A stretch of 64,000 nucleotides of DNA from a virus. The notes beneath the pieces were generated by a model. It searched no databases. It saw only the letters and a program-made list of their open reading frames with translations, and was not told where the DNA came from. The position numbers and the translations under genes are program-made. Positions 30,326-40,544 of the stretch are shown here, piece after piece. The DNA lies in the IMG/VR virus record IMGVR_UViG_3300036782_000052, positions 6,239 through 70,238 of that record; one strand, 5' to 3'. The stretch's first letter is position 1; each line of letters opens with the position of its first letter.

Positions 30326-30582
30326 CCCTTCCCGACACTTGTTGTCGCGCGTCGTTTTGTTGTCACCGGAGGCTCCGCGCGATCGGCCCCCTGCTTGACT
30401 TCCGCGGTCTGCCAGAATACCCGCGGCCCGAGCTTCTTGCCGGCGAGATCCTCGCCGTTCTCCAGCGACGGCATGTGGTCGGTGCGTTGGCCATCAAGGA
30501 TTTCGCTGAGCCTCTGCTTGACGAACTCGATGGTCACCGCATCCTCCACCGTAACCTCGAGCCGCAGTCTGATCTGTTTCAT
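30322..30582 (-). CDS. hypothetical protein
   Basis: GGGGGA RBS; ATGA overlap with the RAMP-like gene. Confidence 0.55.
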   Translation of the reverse strand: MKQIRLRLEVTVEDAVTIEFVKQRLSEILDGQRTDHMPSLENGEDLAGKKLGPRVFWQTAEVKQGADRAEPPVTTKRRATTSVGKG

Positions 30583-30616
30583 TTATCCCCCTTATGTCGG
30601 GCTCGCGGCCGAGGAC

Positions 30617-31741
30617 CTATATCAACGGACCCGCTTCCGGCTGGCCGTTCCGGGGCTTGGCGTTCTGCTCGGCCTTACCCCGCTTGGCGCTCTCATCGCG
30701 CGCCTTGATGACCTCTCCGGCCAGGTCCGGCCGTTCTTTCACCAGATAGTCGATGTCATCGCGGTGCTTCTTCTGATCCATGATCTTGAAGTGGTCGGCC
30801 ATTGACTTCGTGGCCTTGAACATCGCGATCAGCTTGCGGGCGCCATCGCGGTCCTTGTCGGGCGGAGCAGTTTGCGCTTTTTGCAAATTGCCCTTGTCGT
30901 CGACCGGGTTGCTCTCAGCGGCGGGTGGTAGGGCAGGGGTGTTGTCACCGGACGGCGGATCGGTGGAAACTGTTGCTTCTCGCCGTGACTCCGGCTTGCG
31001 CTTGCCGCGCGCCCAGGCCGCGAGGCGCTCGCCGGTGGCCTCATCGATTGGCTTGTTCATGTCGATCAGTGGCTCAATCTGATCGAGCTTCTTGAGCCAA
31101 GTGGGAACGCCTGGACGGGCTAAGTCGAACATGAAGCCGACCGTCATCGCGCCGATGACGTCCCGCTCGCCGCACACGGGCAGGAAGCCAATATCGACCG
31201 GCTTGATCTTCCCGGTCTTCGGATCCTTGATCAGATCGACTTTCTTCGCGGCCTGGCAGCACAACACGATGTGGGTATTCAACTGCCAAAGCCGCTGCAT
31301 CATGTGGTTGCGCTCGGCTTTGGGCTTGATCCAGGCCGCCATCTTGACGCGCTCGCGCTTCTCGTAGTCGCCGCCGGCCATGCGCTGTAGCTCCGCTTCA
31401 AACATGTCGAGCACGCCGCCCGGACCGACATGCTCATGCGAGAAACTATCGATCACGAGGACGGATGACTTGCGTCGTTGCGAGATGACCGCCGCCGCTT
31501 CGAAGCGGGCCGGATTGAATGGTTCGTGTAGCTCTAGATGGTTGAACTTGAACTCGTCCGCGTAATAGAGCGCCCGCCCATGTTCGGTGTCGCAGAAGTC
31601 GATCTCACCGCCGCATGCGAGCCCGGTCGCGAGCCGGAGTGCGCTTTTGGTCTTGCCTGACCCGCTTGGGCCGGAGAGCATGATCAGCAGGCCGACGTTG
31701 CCGCGCTTGGCCGGCGTGTAGATCAGCGGCTCGCTGCTCAC
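30617..31741 (-). CDS. AAA_24 / Sak4-like ATPase (single-strand annealing)
   Basis: Walker A GPSGSGKT, DTEHG, LVIDSFSHE. Confidence 0.85.
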   Translation of the reverse strand: MSSEPLIYTPAKRGNVGLLIMLSGPSGSGKTKSALRLATGLACGGEIDFCDTEHGRALYYADEFKFNHLELHEPFNPARFEAAAVISQRRKSSVLVIDSFSHEHVGPGGVLDMFEAELQRMAGGDYEKRERVKMAAWIKPKAERNHMMQRLWQLNTHIVLCCQAAKKVDLIKDPKTGKIKPVDIGFLPVCGERDVIGAMTVGFMFDLARPGVPTWLKKLDQIEPLIDMNKPIDEATGERLAAWARGKRKPESRREATVSTDPPSGDNTPALPPAAESNPVDDKGNLQKAQTAPPDKDRDGARKLIAMFKATKSMADHFKIMDQKKHRDDIDYLVKERPDLAGEVIKARDESAKRGKAEQNAKPRNGQPEAGPLI

Positions 31742-32028
31742 TTGCCGTATCCCGCGCCGAGCCGGATGATTTGAACGCCGCCGGCGACGGTACGGACGCG
31801 ATAGCCGCCCTTGCCGAACAGTCGCTTCGCCACGGTGCTGACAGTGGCGTAGTGGATGCGGGAGGGATCAGGGGGAAGCGGGATTGTGGCCGCGTCCCCT
31901 GGCTGCAGCGGCGATAGGGCCGCCTTCGCGAGCGCCCGCGCTTGCTCCCGCGAGGCGCGCTGTTCCTCGCGCAGCTGGCTCAGGCTCTCATGCGTCGGGC
32001 GCGCGGGCGCCGGCTTGGGCGCGGTCAT
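31738..32028 (-). CDS. hypothetical protein
   Basis: in operon, overlaps the ATPase start. Confidence 0.5.
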   Translation of the reverse strand: MTAPKPAPARPTHESLSQLREEQRASREQARALAKAALSPLQPGDAATIPLPPDPSRIHYATVSTVAKRLFGKGGYRVRTVAGGVQIIRLGAGYGK

Positions 32029-32146
32029 CGGAGGTGCGACCCCGTTAAGGTGGGAGGGCAGCTGGAGCGGACCCGGCCACCCTCCCTCGGCTCATTGCTG
32101 CGGGTCCGCCCCAGCAGTTGCGCCGAACTGTGTAGGCGTATCGACT

Positions 32147-33208
32147 TCATCCGCCGAAGTTGCCGGTGTCGATGTAGCCAACCGCGTTCGGGTGGTCGCG
32201 GCCGCGTAAGATGTCGCGGTTGCGCGGTGAGATCAGCGCTTGGGTCTCACGCTCACGCAGGATCCAGCCCGGCGGGTCGATCCATTGCGGGGTGAGCGGA
32301 TAGGACGGCCAGGTGTTGGTCTGGATACAGTGCTTCCAGGTATCGATGCCATAGCGCACGTCTTGGTCGCCAATCTCGCGGGTGATCGGCGACATCTGAA
32401 AGACCGCGATGCCATAAGGTGGATTCTGCTCGACGACGCAAAATTTCAGGGCGCCGGGTGGTTCGCCGCGGACCATTTCCAGGCCGCGAGCATAAAAGGC
32501 ATCCTGTAAGTAGGCACCTTTCTGAAACGCGATCTTCGCCCAGACGGCGTGGGTGGCGAAGCCGCCAGTGGTTTTGAGATCCCACGGGTCGGCCTCGGGC
32601 TCGTCGGGTAGCCAGTCGACGCGCGCGCGGCACCAGATGGCGGTCTCGGCCGAGGGCTTTGGCGCCCCCGCACGGGCACGCGCCGGTTGGCTGTCATTCA
32701 CCAAGTGGCCCGTGGGTTCGATGAACTCTTCCTTCCAGACCACGGTCTGTTCCGGTCGGCCTTTCGTAAACGCGCCGGTGCGGGCCCGAAAGCCTTCGAG
32801 CACGTCGATGAGGCTCATGGCCCTGTCATACCCTCGGACCAGCAGCGGGATCATCCCGTCGGCGTAGGCCTGCCGGCGCGCGTCCTTGGCCGCGTTGGTG
32901 CGCCAGTCCTTGAAGTCGAGCCGGCGGATGATGCTGCGGCCTTGCAGGAACGAGGCGTGCGCCGCGGTGCCGAAGTCGGCCACTTCATCATCAGTGTCGG
33001 TATCGAGGTCGGGCGGCAGCCCGAGGCGCGGATGCAGCGCCCAGCCATGCCGGGCGGATTGGTCAACCAGCCGCAGGATGATGGAGCGCGAGAGCGATGG
33101 CGTCGGGCAGGGGTCCGCGTGGTAGCGCGCGTCCGTCATGTCGTAGATCCCGGGCGCGACGATCGGCGAGTCGGGCAACGTCAGGACCACAGCGGTTCTC
33201 CATGACAA
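32147..33208 (-). CDS. PD-(D/E)XK exonuclease, RecE/DUF3799-like
   Basis: YHADP...SLS.S, FGTAAH, CRARVDWL, DLKTT, QDAFY. Confidence 0.85.
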   Translation of the reverse strand: MSWRTAVVLTLPDSPIVAPGIYDMTDARYHADPCPTPSLSRSIILRLVDQSARHGWALHPRLGLPPDLDTDTDDEVADFGTAAHASFLQGRSIIRRLDFKDWRTNAAKDARRQAYADGMIPLLVRGYDRAMSLIDVLEGFRARTGAFTKGRPEQTVVWKEEFIEPTGHLVNDSQPARARAGAPKPSAETAIWCRARVDWLPDEPEADPWDLKTTGGFATHAVWAKIAFQKGAYLQDAFYARGLEMVRGEPPGALKFCVVEQNPPYGIAVFQMSPITREIGDQDVRYGIDTWKHCIQTNTWPSYPLTPQWIDPPGWILRERETQALISPRNRDILRGRDHPNAVGYIDTGNFGG

Positions 33209-33437
33209 CGTCTCACATAAAACGAACTTCCTGTTCTATCTGTCAAGAATTGCGTTCGGGCGAACACATGACAATCGTCAATTTTGCTATCGCAGGACGT
33301 AATTCCGGCCGCTGCAACACGCTATTGGTGTCTAACGTCTCTGTGAACCAACATCAACGGCTTTCCAGAATGCAACGTTGGCGTTAGGTTGCGAACAATC
33401 CGGAAAGGGGTGGTCCTCGTGAAAGCCAACATCCCGC

Positions 33438-34154
33438 TTAGCTGCGAGGCTGTTCCTCTAGCGGACCTAGCCCCGGACCACGTCTTCCAGGGCGATTGGT
33501 GCCCTCATTCACGCTATCCATGTATATGTCGTCAGCGTCAGATCCGATTAGCAACGTCGGATGACGCCGCAGCACCGCGGACAGAAAGTCGCGATCTGGC
33601 TCGCGGATACGGCCTGCAAACAAGAAGTCGATCGATACACTGAAGCGATAGGCGAACTCGCTCAGTTTGCTCAGCGTCGGGCGCTCAAGCCCGGCCTCGA
33701 TCCGCAGCCAGTGCGTGACATCGAGCCCCATCGCCACCGCGACTTTCTCAATGTCTGGTTCCTTCATCTCGCGCACCCAGCGGATCCGGTCGGCCATCGA
33801 CGGGGATAGCGTGAGAGCCATAAGTTCCAGATCGCTCAGGTGATTTTCGTCGCGGCTCAGCGCGCCGTCCAGCAAGGTATCGATCGAGGTGCCGGTGAGG
33901 GCGCGAATTTGCATCAAGGGCACCACGCCGATCTCATTGCGCCCCGACTCCCACTGGCGATAGGTACTGTCGTCGATGACGAGCATGCGCGAGAACTCCC
34001 GCTGGGTGAGGTTGGGCTTACCAATGCTGAGCCCGTAGGCGCGACGCAATCGCGTCAGACGCCGTCCCAGAAGACGGTTCAGCGCCTTGTCCTGGCCGCG
34101 CTTTTTCCCGAGCCGGACCGCTATAGCGTCGGGTTCGTTCGCTAAGTCTGACAT
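33438..34154 (-). CDS. CI-like repressor with two XRE HTH domains
   Basis: LTQREFS.ML.I..STY.QWESG and a second HTH ending IEAG.ERP; divergent from the cro-like gene. Confidence 0.8.
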   Translation of the reverse strand: MSDLANEPDAIAVRLGKKRGQDKALNRLLGRRLTRLRRAYGLSIGKPNLTQREFSRMLVIDDSTYRQWESGRNEIGVVPLMQIRALTGTSIDTLLDGALSRDENHLSDLELMALTLSPSMADRIRWVREMKEPDIEKVAVAMGLDVTHWLRIEAGLERPTLSKLSEFAYRFSVSIDFLFAGRIREPDRDFLSAVLRRHPTLLIGSDADDIYMDSVNEGTNRPGRRGPGLGPLEEQPRS

Positions 34155-34237
34155 GTGGGGTTCCCCGCTCTCACATTACGCGAGGACGATCGCACAAATC
34201 GCTATTCACGGGAATAACGCAGTACGCGATCTAGCTC

Positions 34238-34267
34238 TTGCTTTGCCGAACGCCACGTTCGCATAAT
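34238..34267 (+). promoter_or_regulatory. PR-like promoter with palindromic operator CGAAC-N5-GTTCG in the spacer
   Basis: TTGCTT-18-CATAAT; ATG 6 nt downstream suggests a leaderless mRNA. Confidence 0.5.
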
Positions 34268-34273
34268 ACTCGA

Positions 34274-34555
34274 ATGCGTCGCCAGAACACATGGCTCGAT
34301 AGAATTCTCGCCGACCGCCATCTCGAGCGCTCCGACCTCGCGTCGGTGCTGGGGGTGACGACCACGGCGGTCAACTTCTGGGCCAACCGAGTCAGGATCA
34401 TGCGGCCGGAGTACGCCATGACGGCGGAACGGCTGCTCGGCATTCCCAAGGGCCTGCTGCGTCCCGACCTCTGGCCGCCCGAACCCACACCCCTCTCGGC
34501 CGGTGGCGGTCTCGTGTCGAAGCGTTCCCCGCCTCAACAGCACGCCACCGGATGA
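34274..34555 (+). CDS. Cro-like HTH regulator
   Basis: DLASVLGVTTTAVNFW...LRPDLW. Confidence 0.8.
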   Translation: MRRQNTWLDRILADRHLERSDLASVLGVTTTAVNFWANRVRIMRPEYAMTAERLLGIPKGLLRPDLWPPEPTPLSAGGGLVSKRSPPQQHATG

Positions 34556-34606
34556 GCGGACGCGGGGGGCGGTCCCCGCGTCCGAAACCCTTTGGAGATA
34601 GTATCC

Positions 34607-35248
34607 ATGCCGTCCCTCGCCGAAGCTCATTCGCACAACGTCCCGCCCGAACTGTTCCTGTCGCACTACCGGACCATGCGGGATACCAAACGAGCCAAGG
34701 ACGAGGCCGGCGCGGCGTTTCTGCGCGCCAGCAAGGCGGCGACCGCCGCCGGGATCAACCTCAAGGCGACCAAGCTGCTCGATAAGCTGACCGAGATGGA
34801 TGCCGACGAGGTTGACGTCCTGCTGCGCCAGGTCGCCAGCTATTCGAAGTGGACCGGCAAGCCGATCGGCACCCAGGCCAATCTGTTCGGCGATCCGGAC
34901 GTGCCGGAGGTCAAGACCTCGGCGGCCGTGGCGCAGAGCGAATGGTCGGCCGGCGAAGCCGGCTACAAGGCGGGCAAGGGCGGCGGGCTCCGCGAGGAGA
35001 ACCCGTTTCCAGAAGGTAGCCCGCTGCACGTAGGCTGGGACAAGGGTTTTCTGCGCGGCCTGAAAATCCTCGCCGCGAACCTGCGGCAGAAGGCAGATCT
35101 CAAGGCCGAGAAGGCGGAGGCGAAGGCAGGGGCGCAGGCGAAGCCAGACGACGACGAGCAGCTGGAGGAGCAGCCGCCCACGCCACGCCGCGGCCGCGGC
35201 AAGCGGGTCACTCACCAGCCGGACGAAGTTCCCAGCACCACCCATTGA
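34607..35248 (+). CDS. GapR/DUF2312-like N-terminus with Rmf-like NPF...W..G motif
   Basis: KAA..AGIN.K...L..L..MD helix pattern; GY.AG..G....NPF...W.KG. Confidence 0.5.
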   Translation: MPSLAEAHSHNVPPELFLSHYRTMRDTKRAKDEAGAAFLRASKAATAAGINLKATKLLDKLTEMDADEVDVLLRQVASYSKWTGKPIGTQANLFGDPDVPEVKTSAAVAQSEWSAGEAGYKAGKGGGLREENPFPEGSPLHVGWDKGFLRGLKILAANLRQKADLKAEKAEAKAGAQAKPDDDEQLEEQPPTPRRGRGKRVTHQPDEVPSTTH

Positions 35249-35269
35249 TCGCCCGCGGAATGCGGGCCG

Positions 35270-35716
35270 ATGTCGAACCGGGGGCAGCATAGCAAGCGCT
35301 TTGACTTAACGCCGTGGGAGCCGGAGGAGCACGCGCTGCAGATCGACTGCACCACGATGCTCAAGCGGATCCTGCTGCCGCAGGTCGCCTGGACGGCGAT
35401 CGATCACGCCCATTCCTTCAATCCGACGATCGGCCGCAACGGCAAGCCCATCGGCCTGATGGAAATGGTCAAGCGCAAGGCACGTGGTATTCGGGCCGGG
35501 CTTCAAGACTATTCGTTTTGGCATAGCGGCCTTGGCTTTGCGATCGAGCTGAAGAAGTCGGCCGCGGCGCCGCTGTCGAATGACCAGAAGATTTGGCTGC
35601 GCGAACTGCAGGCGGCGGAAGTCCCGGTCCGTATTTGCTGGACCATCGACCAGGTCTTTTGGTCGGTCGACGGCTGGGGATTGGTCCGGCCTGGCGTGCG
35701 ATTGGCGGCAGCATGA
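35270..35716 (+). CDS. VRR-NUC-like nuclease
   Basis: EHALQ...G.RAG..D...IELK....LS.DQ..W...L. Confidence 0.8.
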   Translation: MSNRGQHSKRFDLTPWEPEEHALQIDCTTMLKRILLPQVAWTAIDHAHSFNPTIGRNGKPIGLMEMVKRKARGIRAGLQDYSFWHSGLGFAIELKKSAAAPLSNDQKIWLRELQAAEVPVRICWTIDQVFWSVDGWGLVRPGVRLAAA

Positions 35717-36147
35717 CCGTCGATGCGCGCGATAGAGCGATCGCCAATTGCCTGCACGTCATGGCCGGGCAGGGGCAGGGTCTCTATTCGTTGGACCTGT
35801 ATCCCGACTGGATGCTGCCACAAGCCTACATCGCGGCCAGGGCGGGCGACCTGGAAGCCTGCCAGGTCCTCGGGTATTTCAAAGCGGTTTCCAAACAGAT
35901 CGACAGCGGTGAGCCGACCCTCTGCCTGACGTGCAATGTGAGGTTCGGTCGCGACTGCTTTCCGGGGGCGGTCTCGGTGCTCCAGCCGTTCATCCCGAAC
36001 CCTGAACACGGCGTCGCCCAGGCACTGTGCGTCGATTGCGCGGGCCGGCTCGACGTTCGCGAACGCATCCTGACCGCGCTGAAAAGCATGCTTGGGTGGG
36101 ACGCGTTGCGGCTGATCAACCAGCACCACGAGGGAGGGCGGGCGTGA
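35713..36147 (+). CDS. hypothetical Zn-binding protein
   Basis: CLTC and CVDC; coupled overlaps. Confidence 0.5.
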   Translation: MTVDARDRAIANCLHVMAGQGQGLYSLDLYPDWMLPQAYIAARAGDLEACQVLGYFKAVSKQIDSGEPTLCLTCNVRFGRDCFPGAVSVLQPFIPNPEHGVAQALCVDCAGRLDVRERILTALKSMLGWDALRLINQHHEGGRA

Positions 36148-37052
36148 GCACAAGAAAAGAGAAATTGCGCGAGGCACAGGAAGATTTGGAACTCGCCGAC
36201 GTTAGCGAGCCGATGCCAGTTCATCCGTTGGCGGCCGTATTCCCGATGATGACGGATGACGAACTTGCCGATCTTGCTGACGACATCAAGACGAATGGGC
36301 AAATCCATCCGATCATCGTCGATGGCAGCGGCCAGCTCATTGACGGGCGGAACCGTCTGCGAGCCTGCGAAATCGCCGGTGTTGAGCCACGTATTGCTCC
36401 GCTGAACGGACATGATCCGCAGGCCTTCATCGTGTCGGCGAACCTCGCGCGGCGGAACCTGTCGAAAGGCCAGCAGGCGATGGCGCTGGCGATGATCTAC
36501 CCAGAGCCGGAAAAGGGTGGCCGGGGGAAAGTCTCACATATTCATGAGAGTTTAGGGGTCAGTAAGGGAGCTGCTCAAAATCTACTGTCGCAAGCTCGTA
36601 AGATCCTCGGTCATTCTATCGACCTTGCAAAGCAGGTCATCGCCGGATCGACGCACTTCGACGAGGCGCTGAAATCGGTCATAGCCGCCGAACAGAAGAA
36701 TAAGTCGCGCGATGCACAGCTTAACGAGCTTCGGACCAAAGCGCCGGACGTTGCGGCGCTCGTCGCCGACGAACGCATAAGTCTCGAAGCCGGTCTTGCC
36801 GAACTCGGTCAGCGTCAGCGGGCGATCCGGAATATCATTGAGAGCGCGAAGTCGAGCGCGACCAAGTTCGTCGGGTTAGCTGCGCATGTAACCATTATCG
36901 AAGGCGCCCTCCGGCTAACCGATGAGGACCTCGCGATGATTGCCGTCGATCCAGACGACGCGGACCCTTTGAGTGAGCTTCCCGTCAAAGAGATAATCTC
37001 GGCGGCTGCGGCGATAGATGAATTAAGGCATCTAAAGACCTCAAACGACTGA
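36144..37052 (+). CDS. ParB N-terminal-domain protein
   Basis: HPLA..FPMM...LADDIK.NG...PI...IDGRNR.RAC...N..RRNL. Confidence 0.85.
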   Translation: MSTRKEKLREAQEDLELADVSEPMPVHPLAAVFPMMTDDELADLADDIKTNGQIHPIIVDGSGQLIDGRNRLRACEIAGVEPRIAPLNGHDPQAFIVSANLARRNLSKGQQAMALAMIYPEPEKGGRGKVSHIHESLGVSKGAAQNLLSQARKILGHSIDLAKQVIAGSTHFDEALKSVIAAEQKNKSRDAQLNELRTKAPDVAALVADERISLEAGLAELGQRQRAIRNIIESAKSSATKFVGLAAHVTIIEGALRLTDEDLAMIAVDPDDADPLSELPVKEIISAAAAIDELRHLKTSND

Positions 37053-37065
37053 GGAACACTTTATT

Positions 37066-37599
37066 ATGTCAAGTAGAGCAAAGAGAATACGAGAGTATAA
37101 CGAGCAACTCGTTAACGAGGTCAAGGCAACCCTTCCCCGCAATGAGGATGGGTCCCTCATCGAAGGAGGCCTTCGGGCGGCTTTGGCAAGGCGGCTACGC
37201 GAGAAGATCAACCTAGACACAGTTGCCGATCAGCGCGCAGCGGCTGTGATCGAAAGCCTAACGAAGCAACCCGGTGAAGATGACGACGACGATGCTGGCG
37301 GCCTGCAACTGAACTTATTCGGCGATCTCTATGGCTATAACCCACTGCGTCTCCTCAAAGATTCATCGGGCAATATCATCGAGGAAGAACGGGCGCCGGC
37401 ATCATTCTTCATGGCGGAGTTGGTGCGCAGTTCAGAACATATGCGGCGAGCGACACTCTGGAACAACCGCAAGGCTCGCAAGGTCGAATTCTTTTTGCAG
37501 TGGTGCGCGGCTGAGAGAGCGAAGGGGCGGCCGGAACGCGAATTGATATGGGGCAACTGCGCCAAGGAAACTGGCATTGTCCACGAGAAGAAAAAGTGA
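37066..37599 (+). CDS. hypothetical protein
   Basis: GAGG RBS, 177-aa ORF. Confidence 0.6.
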   Translation: MSSRAKRIREYNEQLVNEVKATLPRNEDGSLIEGGLRAALARRLREKINLDTVADQRAAAVIESLTKQPGEDDDDDAGGLQLNLFGDLYGYNPLRLLKDSSGNIIEEERAPASFFMAELVRSSEHMRRATLWNNRKARKVEFFLQWCAAERAKGRPERELIWGNCAKETGIVHEKKK

Positions 37600-37836
37600 G
37601 CGCTCGCCGCCAGCTCTATCCGCCGATCCCGCTCGTCCTCGTCTGCGCCTGCGGCTCGGACAAGATCATCGCCTGTCAACCGGGTACCGACCCTCGCCGT
37701 ACCGGAAAGGTCGTGCCCTTCGTTAAGCCGCCGCCTGATCCGATGGTGTGCTGGTGCGCTGCTTGCTGGCCGTGGTCGGTCCCTCGCCACGGCAAGCGCA
37801 AATCCAAAGTTCGCCACTAAAAACGGGAGACGAGCC

Positions 37837-38679
37837 ATGAGCCGTTCAGCGACCTGGATGCCGTTCTATGTGGGGGATTATCTCGCCGACACCGGGCGGC
37901 TGACCACGACCTGCCATGGCGCCTACATGCTGCTCATAATGGACTACTGGCGCAACGGCCCGCTGCCCGACGACGATCAGATCCTGGCCACGATCACCCG
38001 GCTGGGCGACTGCGCCTGGCGGAAGGTCAAGAAGGTGGTGCGGCCGTTCTTCCATGCGCATGATGGTCGGCTGCATCACCGGCGCATCGACGCCGAGCTG
38101 GCGAAGGTCACGAACATCAGCGGCAAACGTCGTGGCGCCGCGCAGGCACGCCACGATGCAAACGACGCGGTTTTGCATGCAAACGACCATGCAAACGAGG
38201 CGGTTTTGCATGCAAACGACCATGCAAACGAGGCGGTTTTGCATACCGATTTGCATGCTGACTCACGCGCGTCCGCGTTACCTTCACAATCACAGAAACA
38301 GAAACCAAGAAAAAGAACCCCCCCTAACCCCCCCGCCGAGGCGGGTGGGAACGTGGGTGTGGTTGAAGACGTTTATTTTCAAACGTTTATCGATAATTAC
38401 CCACGGCGAAAGGCCATCGACGCGGCCCACCGCGCCTGGCAGGCCCGGATCGCCGAGGGCATCGATCCGGAGGAAATCCTCGAAGGATTACAACGTTTTG
38501 AGTTCACCAGCCGGATCGATAAGATCCCCTATCCGGCGAACTGGCTGCGCGCCGGCCAATGGCGGGACGTGCCGGATTCCGCCGCTGAACCGGGCTTCGA
38601 TCCGGTCCTCAGGGCGGTCGGCCTGAAGCCCGCGGACTTCGTGAATTGCACCGACGAGGAACGGAGGTTGCTGCAATGA
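37837..38679 (+). CDS. YdaU/DUF1376 family replication initiator
   Basis: WMPFYVGDYLADT..L....HGAYMLL; C-terminal YPR...YPANWL...W. Confidence 0.85.
   Translation: MSRSATWMPFYVGDYLADTGRLTTTCHGAYMLLIMDYWRNGPLPDDDQILATITRLGDCAWRKVKKVVRPFFHAHDGRLHHRRIDAELAKVTNISGKRRGAAQARHDANDAVLHANDHANEAVLHANDHANEAVLHTDLHADSRASALPSQSQKQKPRKRTPPNPPAEAGGNVGVVEDVYFQTFIDNYPRRKAIDAAHRAWQARIAEGIDPEEILEGLQRFEFTSRIDKIPYPANWLRAGQWRDVPDSAAEPGFDPVLRAVGLKPADFVNCTDEERRLLQ
38156..38258 (+). repeat. iteron-like repeats inside the initiator gene (putative origin)
   Basis: 33-bp period at 38167/38200/38233; ATGCAAACGA five times; TTTGCATGCAAA palindromes. Confidence 0.7.
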
Positions 38680-39389
38680 CACGCGAAATTTGGGCCGCAA
38701 TCCTGGCGAAATGGGCCGCGCCGATGGACCCGGAGCGGGGCGCGAGGGCGCTCGGGGCGATGCTCCCAGGGCTGGCCGGATACCCGGACGCGGCGTTCAC
38801 CGAGGCGAGCGCCCGGGCGATCGCGCTGACCGGGCGGATCCTCAGCGACGGCTCCAGGGCGCCGCTGGCGCGCATCCCGACCTTCGGCGAGCTGCAGGAT
38901 GGGCTTGGCCGGTGGTGGCATGAACACGGCCCAAAGCGCCAGCTTCCGGCCATTGGTCAGGATCGCGTTGACATCCCCAAGCCGCGCGATGCGCCGACCG
39001 AGGCCGAATTGGAATACGTTGGCGGCATCGTTCACGCGCTGCGGTCCGATCTCGGGGTTCAGGCGATGGAGCGGGAAGCGATGACCATGCAGCCGCGTTT
39101 GGTGAAGCATTTGCCGCGTCCGATGACCGACGAACAGCTCATCGAGACCTACAAACGAGCCGGTCCTGCGGGTGCAAAACGTCTGCAAATGCTGCGCGAA
39201 AAGATGGCTCGCGAGAGCGCCGAAGCGATGCAGGCGCGCGTGAAAGCCGCCCAAATGGCCGTGTTCTATCCCGATCATGACCGCCACGATGAGGCGTATG
39301 CGGGCGCGCAAAACGTGCGAAAAACTGACGCCGAAAATGACCACGAATTTGGCGTCGAAAACGAGCGCGATTTTGGTGCGCAAATTTGA
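38676..39389 (+). CDS. hypothetical protein (helicase-loader position)
   Basis: GGAGG RBS, ATGA overlap with the initiator. Confidence 0.55.
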   Translation: MTREIWAAILAKWAAPMDPERGARALGAMLPGLAGYPDAAFTEASARAIALTGRILSDGSRAPLARIPTFGELQDGLGRWWHEHGPKRQLPAIGQDRVDIPKPRDAPTEAELEYVGGIVHALRSDLGVQAMEREAMTMQPRLVKHLPRPMTDEQLIETYKRAGPAGAKRLQMLREKMARESAEAMQARVKAAQMAVFYPDHDRHDEAYAGAQNVRKTDAENDHEFGVENERDFGAQI

Positions 39390-40375
39390 CGCCGAAAATG
39401 ACCACCATTCGGAAGCCTAAAATCGTCGTGGTTTCGACGGCAAAAATGGCGTCCGGAAAGGCCCCATCCGTCGGCGACTACATGGCCGGTCGGAATCATC
39501 AAGCCTACCGCATCCTCGGCGTGACCATGCTGCGTCAGGCCGGGTCCGCCGAACGCCGCTACCGCCTGTCCTGCATCTGCGAGCCGCGCCAGGACGTGCC
39601 GGCCGGCGCGGTGCTGCACCCGTGGCGCCTCGGCACAAAGCTGCCGCCCAAGATCAGCCGCGCGGCGATGCCGCCGATCGTCTCGCCGCTCTTGCTGCGC
39701 ATGGGCATCCGCGACCGTGAGATGCTCGAGCGTCTGCAATTCCGCACGCCGCTCTTGCTGGCGATGGCGCTGGAGCCGATCCGCACGGCGCGTGCCCAGG
39801 CTACCGCGCAGCAGCGCGATCGCGTGGCCCGGGTCGGCCGCGACCGTGGGGTGGTCAACCTGGCCGACTTCGGTGCGGCACTGCGCCTCGATGCCGTGCG
39901 CACCAGGGATGGCACCGTGCTGCGCGAAGCCGATGTGCTGGTACACGACGAGCCCGAGGAACCCGGCTCACGCCGGCGCATCCGCCGTGCCCGCCGGGCC
40001 GACCCGCTCGATACCCTGCTGAAGCATGGCAGCATCAACCGGCGCCAGCACACCGCCGCCATGGCGCTGCGCGGGGACTGTGAGGCGGCTACGCCCAAGC
40101 TGCCGTCCTGTGCCGCCCAGAGCGAGGTCCACGCGGTGCCATGGGCGCGCCTCGGCGTCACGCCGTCGCAGCTGACGGCCAGCGCCGCCGCCCGCGACGC
40201 CCTGGCCTGTCTGCGTGCCCAGCATCTCCCCGTGGTGATCTGGATCGTCGGGGGCGGCACCATCACCGGCTACGTCATCTACGCCCGTGTACACCGACAG
40301 ACCGCTACCGAGCGGCTGCGAGCGGGACTGAGTGAACTCGCCAACCACTACTATGGCCAGGAGGAAGCGGCATGA
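39386..40375 (+). CDS. DUF6456-like putative late transcription regulator
   Basis: DPL..L...G.I...Q..AA..LR.D and C-terminal LR.GL..LA.HY. Confidence 0.6.
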   Translation: MTPKMTTIRKPKIVVVSTAKMASGKAPSVGDYMAGRNHQAYRILGVTMLRQAGSAERRYRLSCICEPRQDVPAGAVLHPWRLGTKLPPKISRAAMPPIVSPLLLRMGIRDREMLERLQFRTPLLLAMALEPIRTARAQATAQQRDRVARVGRDRGVVNLADFGAALRLDAVRTRDGTVLREADVLVHDEPEEPGSRRRIRRARRADPLDTLLKHGSINRRQHTAAMALRGDCEAATPKLPSCAAQSEVHAVPWARLGVTPSQLTASAAARDALACLRAQHLPVVIWIVGGGTITGYVIYARVHRQTATERLRAGLSELANHYYGQEEAA

Positions 40376-40544
40376 CGGAACGGACGCGCCAACTGCGGGT
40401 GCCCCGCGCGACGGTGGTCGCGGCGATCCTCAGCGCACACGGCTTTCCGGTCAGTTCGCCCGACGATGGCGATCTCGATGACCTCGAAATGGAACGCTGG
40501 GAAGTCTGCCTGGAGATCGTCGACCGGCTGTGTGAGCCCGAGGC

